A stretch of DNA of 57,115 nucleotides, filler included, from Dugesia japonica (taxonomy: Eukaryota), in NCBI GenBank assembly GCA_001938525.1. It is 6 parts of 6 records of this genome, joined end to end, with 100 filler letters (N's around TTAATTAATTAA, not from the genome) between each part and the next. Parts side by side here need not be neighbours in the genome. Positions count along the whole stretch, not along the records: positions 20,135 to 28,933 come from MQRL01626073.1; positions 29,034 to 38,433 come from MQRL01643010.1; 4 more parts are not named here. One strand, given 5' to 3'. The translations under genes were made by a program, and so were the position numbers. Of this stretch, positions 23,844 to 37,662 are shown piece by piece. The notes under the pieces are model-generated. The model was not told the DNA's origin, did no database searches, and saw nothing but the letters and a program-made list of their open reading frames with translations. Each line of letters starts with the position of its first letter. Position 1 is the stretch's first letter.

Positions 23844-26800
23844 AATTCTGCTTTGAATACGCCTTTGATATGTATATGGAAGAAAGATTTTCGATTATGT
23901 CTGAATTTCAGACAGTTAACTGTGGAATTACAAGTAAATACGATATGATGATTTCTTTAGTAACAAGGAACTACTTTAAGCCATAGTTGATATGAATAAT
24001 TTTGGAAGCCAGTTTGAGAGTAAATCTGAAGAAATGTCAGTTTTTGCGAAATGCGATTAAAATTGNNNNNNNNNNNNNNNNNNNNNNNNNNNNNNNNCTG
24101 AAGATAGAAGCTTTAATAATATTTGGAAAGTTAAAGTGTGTCAAGACATTGCATAGTTTATTTTAGGGATTTGCAATTACTAAAGCATTTGCAACTATAG
24201 AAAGGAAACTGAAAACTTATGATGTGGTTCAACCAACAAAAAACTGAAATATGGTGGTGAGTTGAATAAGATATTCAAAAGATTAAAGGATCCGTTAATG
24301 ATGATGTTTTCTAGAGTTGAGCAAAGAATTTATACTAGACACTATTACTATTTTTGACATTGCCGAAGCAGTACTGTTGCAGAAGGATAACAGTGAAAAG
24401 GAAAGAACTATTGTATTTAGATTGTATTTGATAATGAGTCATGAGAAAGACTTTTATATCACACAGATATATTCGTAACAGAGGTTTACATTACGAACAG
24501 ACCATAAAAATTAACTTTCGTGATGAGGGCTAATTAGTATCGTCGCCGTTTCAGACATTTATTAATTGCCTTAGCATCGAAAATATGTTTTACATGGTGA
24601 TGCAGATATGTCATATAATTTATAAAAATGTCATAAGAGATTCAAACGAGAATGTTAAACGGGATTAAACCAAGACAATGGTACAATAAGTGGGTATTTT
24701 AAAAAAGAAAATTTAGATTCTGGATGAACAATTGAGAGATTTTAGAATTTTATAAACTATTAAATTCCACAAGAGCGTAAAAATCCTCAGAATATTTGTG
24801 AAAAAAATACATGGGTCGACAGTTGATTCAGGGAATTCAAGAGAGAATACGTAGCTGTAAGGTGTGTCAGAAAACTAAAGTAATGACTATGAGTATCGAT
24901 TCATGAATTTCAAGTATCTGAGATTTTTTAATTTTTATATATAATATTAAAATTGGTTTTTTAAAAATATAAATTAATTGAATAAAGTCTATATATTATA
25001 TATGACAAAATTATAAAATTATAAAAATTATTTTGTAAAACGTATGTTTAAAAATAATCGTAAAATAAAAGTATTTCAAAATTTTAAATTAAAAAATTAT
25101 AAAAATTATTTTGTAAAAATTAGGCTTAAAAAATAATAAAGGTATTTTCAAATTAAAGTCAATATTTATATTATGTTAAATTATAAAATTATAAAAATTA
25201 TTTGGTAAAATTAGGTTTAAAAATAATTAAATATAAAAGTAATTTGGTATTTTAAAAAATCAACATTTTTGAAAAATATTTTAAGATTTCTCAGATTATT
25301 TGTTTGAAATTTGTGAATTGTTATTTCATATTTTCAATTTTAATAAAAGACTTGTAATAATCAATAAACAATTTATGGAGACTTGTGGGACTTTACATTT
25401 AACTAATAATTACAATGGATACTAAGGAAGACACAATAAGTTAAGGGGCATCGAGACGTTTGGAAATTATATATGCAATATATATTGTTGTTGAATCGTC
25501 GACTAATTTATCTTTCTTCATAATAAGCAGCTACTTTGAAACTAAGTTTAAATTGTGAGCTGAATAAATTACTGTTTTAATGCAAAGTTTATTAAATCTT
25601 CATTTATACTCTTGTTTATTTTTAATTCCTGAATGTTAATTTTTTAAAGTTAAAATTTGAGTGAAATATTATTATATGCAACATATTTCATTTCCTTTTT
25701 TACTGAGTGGGATTTATTTATAAGTTTGTTATTTCTGTTTCTTATTTTTTGTTTAAAATTAAATAATTTGTGTTTTAATGGCAATAATATATATTCGACT
25801 TTATTGTTTCTTTTTCTTTAAATTATTTTTGTTTTTCTGAATAGTCCTTACCTTATTTGAGAATTTCTTTTCTTCCTTCATTCTTGAAATTATTCTGTAC
25901 TTGCATATCAATGATTATTATTTTCTTTTATTATTGATTTTGTTCTTTTATTTACTTTTTTTAAAATTAATTATAATATTTGACACGATAAAGTTTTTAT
26001 TACTTGTCAGTAGTGGGTGTTATTGTTTAAAATTAATTGATTTCTCACCAAAGACTCATGAAAATTTTATTTCAGGTTTTGGAACCATTATTTTGTGTAT
26101 ATGTTCAATTAAAAAAGGTACCAGTTCACTTGTGGAAAAGATTTTTTCGGTTTAACTTCATGTAATTAATTTTAAAATATTTTAAAGGTTTATATTTTGT
26201 ATTAAAAGTTCATTTTGAACATTTTATTCTTTATTTTATAATAAGCATATATTGCAATTATTGATGCAATAAATTAATAAAAATAATTAATAATCAAACC
26301 TATTTCTCTTTCGAGTAAAACGACTTGCGACAACCAAAGTATAATAAAAATTATGTTACAGTGTTTTTCTAGATGTTTCATCAACAAGTCAAAATATTTA
26401 ATCATTTTACCAAATTATTTAATCATTGATAATTTATAATTAGTTAAATTAGTTATATTAGTTATATTATATCTAAAAAATCCACATGAATATAACTGAC
26501 AACGATCAAAACAGCATTTAAAATATTGAAATCTCTACAGAAAGTTTATCTACCAAAAACCAGGCCAGAATACCTCAGAGAACCAGGATTTTAGATAATT
26601 CTTAAAGACAACTCATTTGTCAAAAATATGTTATTGTTATTATAATAAATGTGTTATTAATTAGCATATTTGTAGACATATAACCATAATTTTTTCTTAG
26701 TAATAGAAAGTCTTACTTGAGTACAATTTTCTAAAGAAATTATAAAAAATGATTAAATATTTTGACTTGATGAAACATTTTAAACGCATATATATTGATA

Positions 26801-27850
26801 TTTTATTGGTTTCAGCTCTAATGATTGTTTCGTAAAAAATAACGAGATTTTCTGGTTTTAAATTTATTTCTGGTTTGAAGCTCTGATTTATTTAAATTTA
26901 AATTGAATACTGATGAGTAAAATAAACTCATAAGTCTGCTCATAATAAATTTGAAATATTATTGAAATTAAATTATCTTCGAAATTATTTTTTTAAAATT
27001 TACGTTAGAATCTTGAGAATTTTTTCAAGTTAAATTTTGACTACGTTAAATAATGAATATATTTTAAGAACATAGTATTTTAAAAGTTATTTTTAGATTG
27101 TTGCATATAATTCATCTTTTCAATTCTGTATTATTTTAATAGTGTAATTGTCATTCATATAAAGGACAATTATTGATTTCTCTTTAAAACAAGAAGTAAT
27201 CAGTTGAACATTACATACAGATGATAATTTATTAAAACTTTTAAGATAAATGTAGATAATTTTGCACACATGTTATGAATGAATTAATAGTATTCAATAC
27301 GCTATTATTTTTATGTAATCTGATTTTTAAAAAAAATTTTTTTTAGATACGGGNACAATAAGTATAAACAAAAGGCATACTGTTACAGCAATTTGGATCA
27401 TCTGGATGTGATATTTAGTGCAGAATTATTGATAAATATTCGTGATAATTCTCAAACAAATGAAAACTTTGATTGCTTGTTATATTTACGCCGTGATTAA
27501 ATATCAAAAACATTTCATAAAGAAATTTCATCATTTGTAACCATCGAAAATAAGAAGCATTAAATAGAAAAATAAAAGCTAAAGGAAATAGAATTTTTGT
27601 CTTATTATATAAAAGTAGATTATTTTCCATTTGATAAGGATATTTTTATTAAGGGTTGTCAAAACTTATAACGAAATCCAAATTATTTTTTTAAATTAGA
27701 TGAACTTAGAACAGAATTTGATGTAAAATAATTTGAAACGTAATAGTACATACATAAAATAATTAGAGTAGAACATAATTGGAGTTAAAATAAATTAAAA
27801 TTCATTTAAATTAAAAGCTTCGATCAAAATTTTTATTGGTTTTTTGATAA

Positions 27851-27887
27851 TAATTCTAATTTTCGACTTTGTCTTCGTCAGGAATTG
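27851..27887 (-). ncRNA. Minimal type I hammerhead ribozyme
   Basis: Minus strand CAATTC-CTGACGA-A-GAC-AAA-GTC-GAAA-A-TTA-GAATTA. Confidence 0.75.
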
Positions 27888-27900
27888 ACTTTTCAAAAGT

Positions 27901-27937
27901 TAATTCCTGACGAAGACAAAGTCGAAAATTAGAATTA
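27901..27937 (+). ncRNA. Minimal type I hammerhead ribozyme
   Basis: TAATTC-CTGACGA-A-GAC-AAA-GTC-GAAA-A-TTA-GAATTA: 6-bp stem I, intact core, 3-bp stem II, palindromic AAUU stem III. Confidence 0.8.
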
Positions 27938-28149
27938 TTATCAAAAACCAGAAAAACAAATTTTTATCAAAGCTTTTATTTAAAATTAATTCTGAAAAAC
28001 GATCAATGGTTACGTCCAACAATGATTCTCGCAATAATTGCAATTGTAAAATAAAAAGTAAAAAGACTCGACATTAATATTAAAGATTTATTTAAGAATA
28101 ATATATTTTGTATTATTTAAACAAAATTGACTGTTTAAATAATCACTAT

Positions 28150-28933
28150 TTTCTAACTTCCATCTCCATTGAAACTAAACTCGTTTTATTATTCAACTCG
28201 TCTTAACTTTGGCTTATCTAGAAAATTAAGTAAAACTTAAGAACTTAATAATCGTATTCGGACCTTCATATNTGTCTCCACGTTTATGAATATTACGAGG
28301 TTTATTTTTACAAAAACATTTTCACCAACTAAAAATTGCCTTTGAACTCTTGTATCTGATCCATACCTTCTTAATTCCTAATATTTCTACTTTTGCTTCA
28401 TTAACTACTTGTTCATAATTAGCAGGTGTATTCCTCGACAATCCATGTAATAGCACTTTTCTTCCATACAGAACTTCAAATGGAGATCTCTTTATAGCGC
28501 TTTGATATGTCATTAATAGAAAATTCAATCTTTGGAATGTATTTATCCTATGTAAAACTGTTCTTATCAATATTCATTGAAGGGACTAATATATCTCTAA
28601 CTGTTCTAATTACTCGATCAGCTAAACCGTTGGCTTGATGTTGGTAAGGTCATGTAAATTCTTGTGTAATTTTAAATCTTCCACACAACTCGTTCATTTT
28701 GCTGTCTTCAAAAACTCTTCCCCTATCAGATAAGATTGATTTTGGTTTTCCAAATTGGTAAATCTAATTGTTCTTTATAGCACCTGAAAATACTGTTTCA
28801 TCTTGTTTACTAATTGGTATCAGTCGGACTAGTTTTCTAAATCTATCAATAATAACAAGCAAGTACTTTTGTTTAGATTTTTCTCAGAAAAATAGGCCAC
28901 ATCTATTACAATTTGTTCTAATGCCCCAAATTC
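28150..28933 (-). mobile_element. Degenerate Ty3/Gypsy integrase
   Basis: EQIVIDVAYF…KYLLVIIDRF…FGKPKSILSDRG…PYQHQANGLADRVIRT…SPFEVLYGR…YEGP, with stops and frameshifts. Confidence 0.9.
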
Positions 28934-30761
28934 NNNNNNNNNNNNNNNNNNNNNNNNNNNNNNNNNNNNNNNNNNNNTTAATTAATTAANNNNNNNNNNN
29001 NNNNNNNNNNNNNNNNNNNNNNNNNNNNNNNNNATATATATATATATATATACTTATATATTGAATAAAAAATTATATTGTGTTCAGGTTCAAGATAATA
29101 TTTTTTGTGTTAAGGCATTTTTAAAAATATATATATTAAAAATACTTATAAAATACAGAATTAATAAATTCTATTGAATTTAGAATATAAAAAGAAATAT
29201 ACGTTTTGAAGAAGATTTAAACGAAACTTAAATGGTATTAATATATTGAGATTTATAAAAGAAGATAAAAAAATTTATATGAAATTAAAATAGATATTAT
29301 ATATTACCCGAATTAAGATATGTTTATACAAAAGAAAGTTAAAATTCAAATATATTGAAAGAAGGTGTTAATGTCAAAATAAAAATGAGTATCTTTAATA
29401 TTCTATGTTAAAAATTAATGCAATTACAGGTTTTTTTTAGTTTAAAGTATTTCAAAAGTAATTAATATTTACACAAAACACTCTCTCGTAGCTTGATAGA
29501 CCGTTTGTAATTAATTTTGGCTTTTTTAATTTACTATAATGGATATTGTTGCTGTGTTTTTAAATCGATTTAAATATTCTATTTTTTCATCTAATTCAGG
29601 TTCGACTCCGGAGTTTTCAGTGAACCGCTCCGAGTTCGAACCGGGTTCAACCCTGCAAATACATCATTAAATAATCAATATAAATATTAATGTCAGAGAA
29701 AGTAGCGGCAAAGAATTTTTTTTTAAAAAAATTGATACTACTGATTATCTACTTTATCATCTCTGGTTATACATTTCTTCAAANATATTTTTTAAATGAA
29801 ATCAATAAACTAAATTTACTAATTACCGAACCAAGTCATTTTATTCATGTCAGGATTAATGTGTAAATAGTAATGAAGAATATTTTTTTGTAATTAAATG
29901 AAATAATTTTTAAATAAGATAAAAATGAGTTTGTTTTATTATTCAGAATATTTTGGAAATTTTGAAAGTGAGCAGTAAGATTATTAAACTGTAAACATAT
30001 TGTTATTGATTAAATTTTGTAAATTTTTATTGTAACATCGTTGATTTTCATAATTTAAAATCCTCGAGAGTGATCAGATTATACAAGTTATACTGTGTAT
30101 ATTATTTATTTATTGATAATAAAATTGAATTTGATAATACAGTTGTTATGAATTTTGTTGTATGAGTTTTGCGAAGTACTAGTATTTAGGGTTGGAATTT
30201 AATTGTGAGAAGTGAAGGAGAACTCAATTTTTGTATTATAAATAAATCATTGGATATGAATTTTTCGTCTTTCGATGTTGAAGAATACCTTTTTATAGCT
30301 TACAGAAATATAAATGTGACAAACTTTTACAATTTACAAAATAGTTTTAAAAAAATAAGTAGAGAACTCGAAAAGGTACACATTTGATCAATATTTATTT
30401 GTAAGCAATTCGTGATCAATGGTTGCACATTGCTTTTATCAATTGCTTTCCCAATAATCGTATCGAATGGTTTTGGTTCAAAATAGTCATGTGAGATCAA
30501 TTTACTGGTTAGAAAATAACGGAGTTTGTCCAATCTTTGTAAATTTTAAAAATTTCAATTCTATTTCGTATATTTATGAAATTTTAGTTATATTTTTTAA
30601 ATAAACGCAAAAAATGCTATTTTATATATTTATTCTAAATAATATACACTGTATAATTTGGTCACTCTTGAAGGCTTTACACTATGAAAATTGACAAATA
30701 AATAGTAAAATAAATTGTAAAATGCTACTAATAAAATTCAAAAATAATATAAATCATTTTA

Positions 30762-30933
30762 AAATTGCAATTATTGCGAGAATAATTGCTGAACATAACC
30801 CATTGATCGTTTTAAAGAATTCATTTAAAAAAAAAGTTTCGATCAAAATTTTTTTTTTGGTTTTTAAAAATAATTTTAAAAAAAGTCAATTCCTGACGAA
30901 GACAAAGTCGAAATTTAGAATTATTTTCAAAAA
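30762..30933. mobile_element. Palindromic element, copy 3, with one hammerhead (30888-30922, +)
   Basis: Starts AATTGCAATTATTGCGAGAATAATTG; contains AATTC-CTGACGA-AGACAAAGTC-GAAA-T-TTA-GAATT; cut by a gap. Confidence 0.75.
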
Positions 30934-31872
30934 NNNNNNNNNNNNNNNNNNNNNNNNNNNNNNNNNNNNNNNNNNNNNNNNNNNNNNNNNNNNNNNNNNN
31001 NNNNNNNNNNNNNNNNNNNNNNNNNNNNNNNNNNNNNNNNNNNNNNNNNNNNNNNNNNNNNNNNNNNNNNNNNNNNNNNNNNNNNNNNNNNNNNNNNNNN
31101 NNNNNNNNNNNNNNNNNNNNNNNNNNNNNNNNNNNNNNNNNNNNNNNNNNNNNNTTCCACAATTTCTAGTCAACCACTTTATTTTAGTTATTAATTAACA
31201 GACAAAATGAACCCATATGAACTGGAAATTTTTGTTACATTCATATTTCTGTAAACTATAAAAAAAGTCAATTTCTATCCTCTAATCGATAACATAAAAT
31301 ATTTTTGAAAGAAAAATAACAGAACACGAATTAATAATTTCATTTATATAATTGAAAATATATTAAATACATATTTCGATTTGAAAGAATTAGTAAAATT
31401 CATCGAAATATCTAAAACGAATTTGAATGTCTACATAATTCCTTTTTATTACAAAAAAAACAATTTTCTTTCTCCGACAGAGTCGATTAACATTAATTTC
31501 ATTTTAATTACATTATTCTTCTAAACAAAAGTAAAAGTAATCATTAAAACGTTTCAATACCATTTTTGAAGAACATATTTTTATATTATACAGGGTTTGA
31601 ATTGAAGTTCGTCAACAAATAAATTAGTTTAAAAAATTTATTTACTAATAACAATCAAAATTAATATCCGTTTTAGAATATTCATTATTTTATTTATTTA
31701 AAAATCTAAACCCATCGGAGAGGCATAATTCCATTGAAAGCTAAATCAATGAGAAAAACAGCAATTTATTTTTCTAAAATTTATCAACTAATATAATATC
31801 ATAAATGAATAATTATTTCATAAAACTAAAAGCACCGATTAAAAGGTTTTTTTGCCCGAATAAGAATTGCGT

Positions 31873-31963
31873 AAAGTCGAATTACCAATAAGAATACCAA
31901 TATAATGAAATCTCAAATACGATCAATGGCTAAGTCCAACAATTCTTGCAATAATTGTAATTG
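31873..31963 (+). repeat. Degenerate arm of the palindromic element family (copy 4)
   Basis: ACGATCAATGGCTAAGTCCAACAATTCTTGCAATAATTGTAATTGT matches the family end. Confidence 0.6.
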
Positions 31964-32791
31964 TAATAACTATTCATTTAATAATATTTATTAAAATATT
32001 CTAATAAATTCTAAAATGATTTTTTTTCTATATAAATATTTGAAAGTTTTATTGCCAAATTTTAGAAATTAGATATGTACATAAAAATAGCGTGAGGTTG
32101 CTTGAAAATATTCTTTGAGATATATTTCTTTAATCAGAGAAAGCAAAATACGAATTTTTTAAATATTCAGCTAATTAATCAAATTTTAAATAAATTGTAA
32201 ACTTTTCCAATCAATAAAAACAAATAAAATTAATTATTTACAATGCAGTAAAAAATATAAATAAAAAAAGAAAAATTATCTATTAAAACAAGAATATATT
32301 AAGGAATTGGTTATAAAATTGAAATTTTCCAAAATTAGACACCTCTATAAAAGTAGCATATCCAAAGGACGAGTAATAATTCCATTGAAATATTTTGTGA
32401 CACCATATTATAAACTAGATAATTTTTGTATAATATCGCAATAATAATAAGTTATAATTAACCTATAAACTAAACATTTACTTAATAATAGACCAATACT
32501 TTGATTTTTAGCATCATGGTAAAAGTTTGATATACTAGGAATACCGCTAACCAAAAAAATTTGGTAACCACTGCACTAATGGTAGATGAAACAATTCTAC
32601 GTGAAAATATAATTGATGAATATATGACTAATTTTAAACAATTAGAATATACATAATTTATTTGTTTAACTAAAAATATATAAATAAATGTTTTTAATAT
32701 TTACTTAAAGTTATTTTTAAATGAAATGAAATTATTCAAACCATAAATTTTATTATTGTTATTTATTTATTACTTATTATTAGTATTTATA

Positions 32792-32906
32792 ATTATTTTA
32801 TCAAAATATAAAAAACAACATTTTGATCGAAGCTTTTAATTTAATCAAATCTCAGATACGATCAGTGGTTAAGTCCAACAATTATTCTCGCAATAATTGT
32901 TATTGT
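32792..32906 (+). repeat. Arm of the palindromic element family (copy 5), no ribozyme core
   Basis: TTTTGATCGAAGCTTTTA…ACGATCAGTGGTTAAGTCCAACAATTATTCTCGCAATAATTG. Confidence 0.7.
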
Positions 32907-35900
32907 ATAAAAATTGAGTTTTATAGTAAATGATGCCCACTGAATTATATTTGAANNNNNNNNNNNNNNNNAAAGAAAATTTAATAAAATTAATTAGACA
33001 TAGTTTATTTGGTATTCTGAAAAATCAACAGAAGAAATACACAAAACAAGTGATATCTTTTTCGTCAATTCAATATGACATTAAAATCGAAATAAATCAT
33101 TTTAATAAATCATTTGCAGTCAAAGAAAAATCTATTAATTCAAAAGATTACATTTCAAACTAGAAATTAGAAAATCAACTACAAAAGAAACTACAAAAAT
33201 GCCAGAAATTAACATTGAAAGAATTAATGTATTCTGTTGAATTCTGTCACTAATAAAATGCAAACTCAAAAAAAGAAATATCACCACTCATATAAATAAC
33301 ATAACATTTCAAGTTCAATTAGTTAATATATTAACAAAAATTTCCATAACAAAAAACCAAATTGACAAAAAACTGTTTCCATCAAGTAGAGATTGAAGTT
33401 AAAAGTACGTGATATTTTCCGTTTATGATTACACTGGTAGCAGTGATGATTCATTGATTTATCGTACTAGGTCAACTGAATTTATACATATTTCGATTTT
33501 TTAGAAATTTCTGATTTACTGAGATAAATTTGTGAATTGATAACTTTCTAATCTGACACATTAGATGCATTATCACTGACCAATTCAAATTGATTTCGAA
33601 TGTTAAATTAATTTTTAATCATAGATAACTGATAGTTGCAACAGGAAAAATAGAAAATATTTATTTTAATATCATAAAATCATGAGACGCTTCGAATTCC
33701 AGAGATGGAAAATAAATGATTTTCTGTCAAAATATATTTTCTTTTTTAATAATGCTAATTATTTTGAAATTTTTGTTTAAATTAATATTAATTGCTTAAT
33801 AATGTTAAGAATATTAAAATATATTGACAAAACTTACGTAAACAAAATTATTTACCAATAAATATCCGTAAAATTATAAATAAATTTCTGATTCTTAAAT
33901 TTGTGAGAAATAATATTAATAATTGCAACTTTTTCAAATTAAAAAAAAGGATCTTATAATGTATAATGAATACTGTAATATTATTTTTAATGTATGGAAC
34001 AACGACACCAATCAAAATGGTGTTGTAAAAAAATCGATTGAAGAAGACTTTGTACTGATTACTTATTCTCAAATTGATATTTATTTCAAATACAAGAATA
34101 GAAAACTTCATAAAACCATATTTGCTATGTCAACAATCAAATAAGAGTTGACAAAAATATTTTTCTATAATTATTTCTCAGTTTTTTCTTACATGNNNNN
34201 NNNNNNNNNNNNNNNNNNNNNNNNNNNNNNNNNNNNNNNNNNNNNNNNNNNNNNNNNNNNNNNNNNNNNNNNNNNNNNNNNNNNNNNNNNNNNNNNNNNN
34301 NNNNNNNNNNNNNNNNNNNNNNNNNNNNNNNNNNNNNNNNNNNNNNNNNNNNNNNNNNNNNNNNNNNNNNNNNNNNNNNNNNNNNNNNNNNNNNNNNNNN
34401 NNNNNNNNNNNNNNNNNNNNNNNNNNNNNNNNNNNNNNNNNNNNNNNNNNNTTATTATAATTATGAGCAGTTAATTAGAAATGTCATAATAAAATACACA
34501 AGGAATACAAAATAAATAAATCAACAACTTCATCATGCATCACAATTAACTACACAAATTAAATTATGAGATGAAAGAATTTTTCTACGAATAACCTTGT
34601 CGTAAGATATTTTATTTATGTCAATGCATTAAAAGCTGTATATAAAACACATTATCAACAAGTGTACCAAATATTTTCCCTGTATGATTTGTGTCATAAT
34701 TATAGATTTAATTTCGCTACATTAATCAAAGTAACATTGAATTAGATAAATTACAATCGAAATGGCATTTTAATGTTTTTAATATACAGTTAATGAGGAA
34801 GTTTCATGTTTATTTTAATCAATCCAGTTTTTGATAATAAAATTCATAAAATTCCAATGACATTCCATTAGTTAAATAAAAATTCCACAAAATTAAATAA
34901 ATAAAAACAATAAAAACAACACCGAAATATTAATAATTAAAAAAAATTATCATAATAAATCAATAAAATCTCACCTAATAAGGACATTCCTGGAATTAGA
35001 AAAAAAACAAAGTTAATAATTCTATTAGTAGAAGATTGTTACAAGTATAAATATATAAAATGAATCAATGTGAAACAATGAACTTTATGGTAATGATTTG
35101 TTTGTATTTGTACTGCTCAATAATTAGTCAATAATGAATACAGACGTATCGTTTATAAGTAATTTTAAGTGCTACAATAAGTTACAACAAATTAACAAAT
35201 AAATAACAGTTACTTTTCTACTTATATGACGTCAAATAAATATTGGATATAAAAATTTTCATAATGGAATTTATTTTTTTTAAAATTTCAATTAAATCAT
35301 GCAGTCCATATTCAATTTTTTTGTTGAAATCATTCTGATTTNAGTAAAGTTTCTTTATAAGAAAATTACATGGGAATGAAAGGAAAAATGGATTTGAAAA
35401 AACCAAAGTAAAATTAACAAGAAAATTTTTAAATCATTTAATTCAGTCATATTCAAACGTTTTGGCAACTAAAAGCTATTAAAAACATGCAGAAATACGT
35501 TATGGTTGCAGGCCGCACAATTTTATAAACTTTAAACAAGATTTAAACATGCAGAATTTCTAAATATTAGATTGATCAAAAAGTTCGCTCGGTTTTGAGA
35601 TTAAAATTTAAAACTTATTTTTCTGAAGTGATTATTAACAATCAATTATTTTTTTCTTTATTTCATAATTTTATTTAAACAAGTAATAGCTGATTTTAAT
35701 ATTTAGTAAATAAACAGCTACAAAACTTTCGAAGATAAGGAGCATATTTACCATATTATTCTTTTTTACTTTTGTAAAACGAAAAAATGCAGAATGCAGA
35801 AAAATATTGACAATAGTAAACATTAATGAGCGCATTTCTGCTTGTAATTTGCTCATGAATGTACGGAACGAGGAAGATCCATTTTAANNNNNNNNNNNNN

Positions 35901-36041
35901 NNNNNNNNNNNNNNNNNNNNNNNNNNNNNNNNNNNNNNNNNNNNNNNNNNNNNNNNNNNNNNNNNNNNNNNNNNNNNNNNNNNNNNNNNNNNNNNNNNNN
36001 NNNNNNNNNNNNNNNNNNNNNNNNNNNNNNNNNNNNNNNNN

Positions 36042-36102
<61 letters not shown>
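36042..36102. repeat. (AAT)n microsatellite
   Basis: Pure AAT array after an N gap. Confidence 0.95.
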
Positions 36103-36103
<1 letters not shown>

Positions 36104-37536
36104 TACTATTTTCAAGAAAATTTCCTAGCATTACATTATAAATAAATTAATATTTATTTATATATTATAATATATGTATTATATATATTTATTTATATAT
36201 GTGACTGTTATTTGTGTGACGTAACTTACATCGGCGAAACTTTCTGCCATCTCTGTAAGAGAATTCAGAAACAACGTCGACTGAATTGTCCATGTATTCT
36301 TGTTGAACAAAATATTAATGGCAGATCAAATACAACTATCAATAGCTAAAATTTTGTGTAGAAACTTAAAAATTTATTGTAAAAGTGTTATGTGTGAAAC
36401 ATTGATGATTAGATTTCAAGATGCAAAAATTAATCTTTTTATGTTTTTATATTTTATTGGAATAATTACGAAATTAATTACACAATATAAACTTTAAAAA
36501 TCTTTCCAATTTATTCGGGCCCGTGCTGACACATATACGGATTTATCATTCCATTTTATGTTGTAAACAACACGTTTTTTTGTTAATTTATAATATATAA
36601 ATATAAATAAATATATTATAAAATAGCGTTCTTATTTATATTTAAAACAATATTCTATTGTATTTTTCGCTTCTTAAATAAAATTTGTATGTTTGTTTTA
36701 CACTTTAATAAAAGAACTATTTCTATGCAAGTTCTTTTAACGTCGAAAGTTTTTTTTTTAATATAACAAAGTTTTAACAAAACTTTCAGTATATTATTGC
36801 AGCTTAATCTACTTCAGATATGACATTGTGACGTTACTTGCTTACATTATCAGTAGCTAAATACTATTTATTTTGGTTGATAAAATTAGATACGTTAAAA
36901 CTAACTTAAATATTTTNATTAAATATTAAAATTTATTTTAGTTTTACTAATAAGTTTAATTAACAATTACCATTATTGTCAGATTAATTACTGGACTAAA
37001 TCATTGACGGCATTTTTAAAATTTCAATAAATTAAACAAATAAATTTTACTTTAATGAATTTTAATTGGATAATTAGAAAACACAGGCACTGTGTTAAAA
37101 AATAATCTGTTTATGTTTTGTGTTAGATAATCATCAGTAAATAGTTTTATATACGTTTCTGTAAATAAATTTATTTTAATTTTAACTTTTAACTATAACT
37201 GTATATATAAATACAAAAAAAAATAATTAATGTAATTTATAATTTAATTAAATTAATAATAATTAAAATAAATTATCCAATTGAAATTCAATAAAATAAA
37301 ATAAATTCTAAAATTATTTCTATTTCTCTAATAACTAATAAGTAAATCTCTATNNNNNNNNNNNNNNNNNNNNNNNNNNNNNNNNNNNNNNNNNNNNNNN
37401 NNNNNNNNNNNTTAATTTATTAAAAGTTTTTTTAAATTTATATTTCCATAAAAATTAAAATACAAAATTTTAAATAATTTAAAATAAAATTTGAAGAATT
37501 AAAATTAAAAATATACTAAGATAATTAAACAATATA

Positions 37537-37662
37537 CTTACTCCTTCCCATAAAAAGTGGATTTTTAAAAAAATTAAAAAACCAAGAAAATGTAAGAAAA
37601 ACGAAAGAAAATGTTGTCTAAATTAAAATTATTATATCCACTTTTTTATGGGTTGGAGTAAG
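37537..37662. mobile_element. 126-bp MITE with TA TSD (Tc1/mariner-type)
   Basis: TIRs CTTACTCCTTCCCATAAAAAGTGGAT / ATCCACTTTTTTATGGGTTGGAGTAAG, with TA on both sides. Confidence 0.75.

Larger units (their letters stand above)
27799..28047 (+). mobile_element. Palindromic Penelope-like/retrozyme-like element, copy 2 (two intact hammerheads)
   Basis: Near-perfect inverted repeat centred near 27894. The long arm ends …CTCGCAATAATTGCAATTGT, the reverse complement of the start of copy 1. Confidence 0.8.

Noticed and set aside
23870-24900. Faint retroelement motifs (RLCLNFRQL, KELL); similar traces at 4.4-5.0 and 16.6-17.4 kb
   Set aside because: Too degraded to call without a search.
26905-26940. 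CTGATGAG… as another hammerhead
   Set aside because: No GAAA after the stem and no closing stem I.
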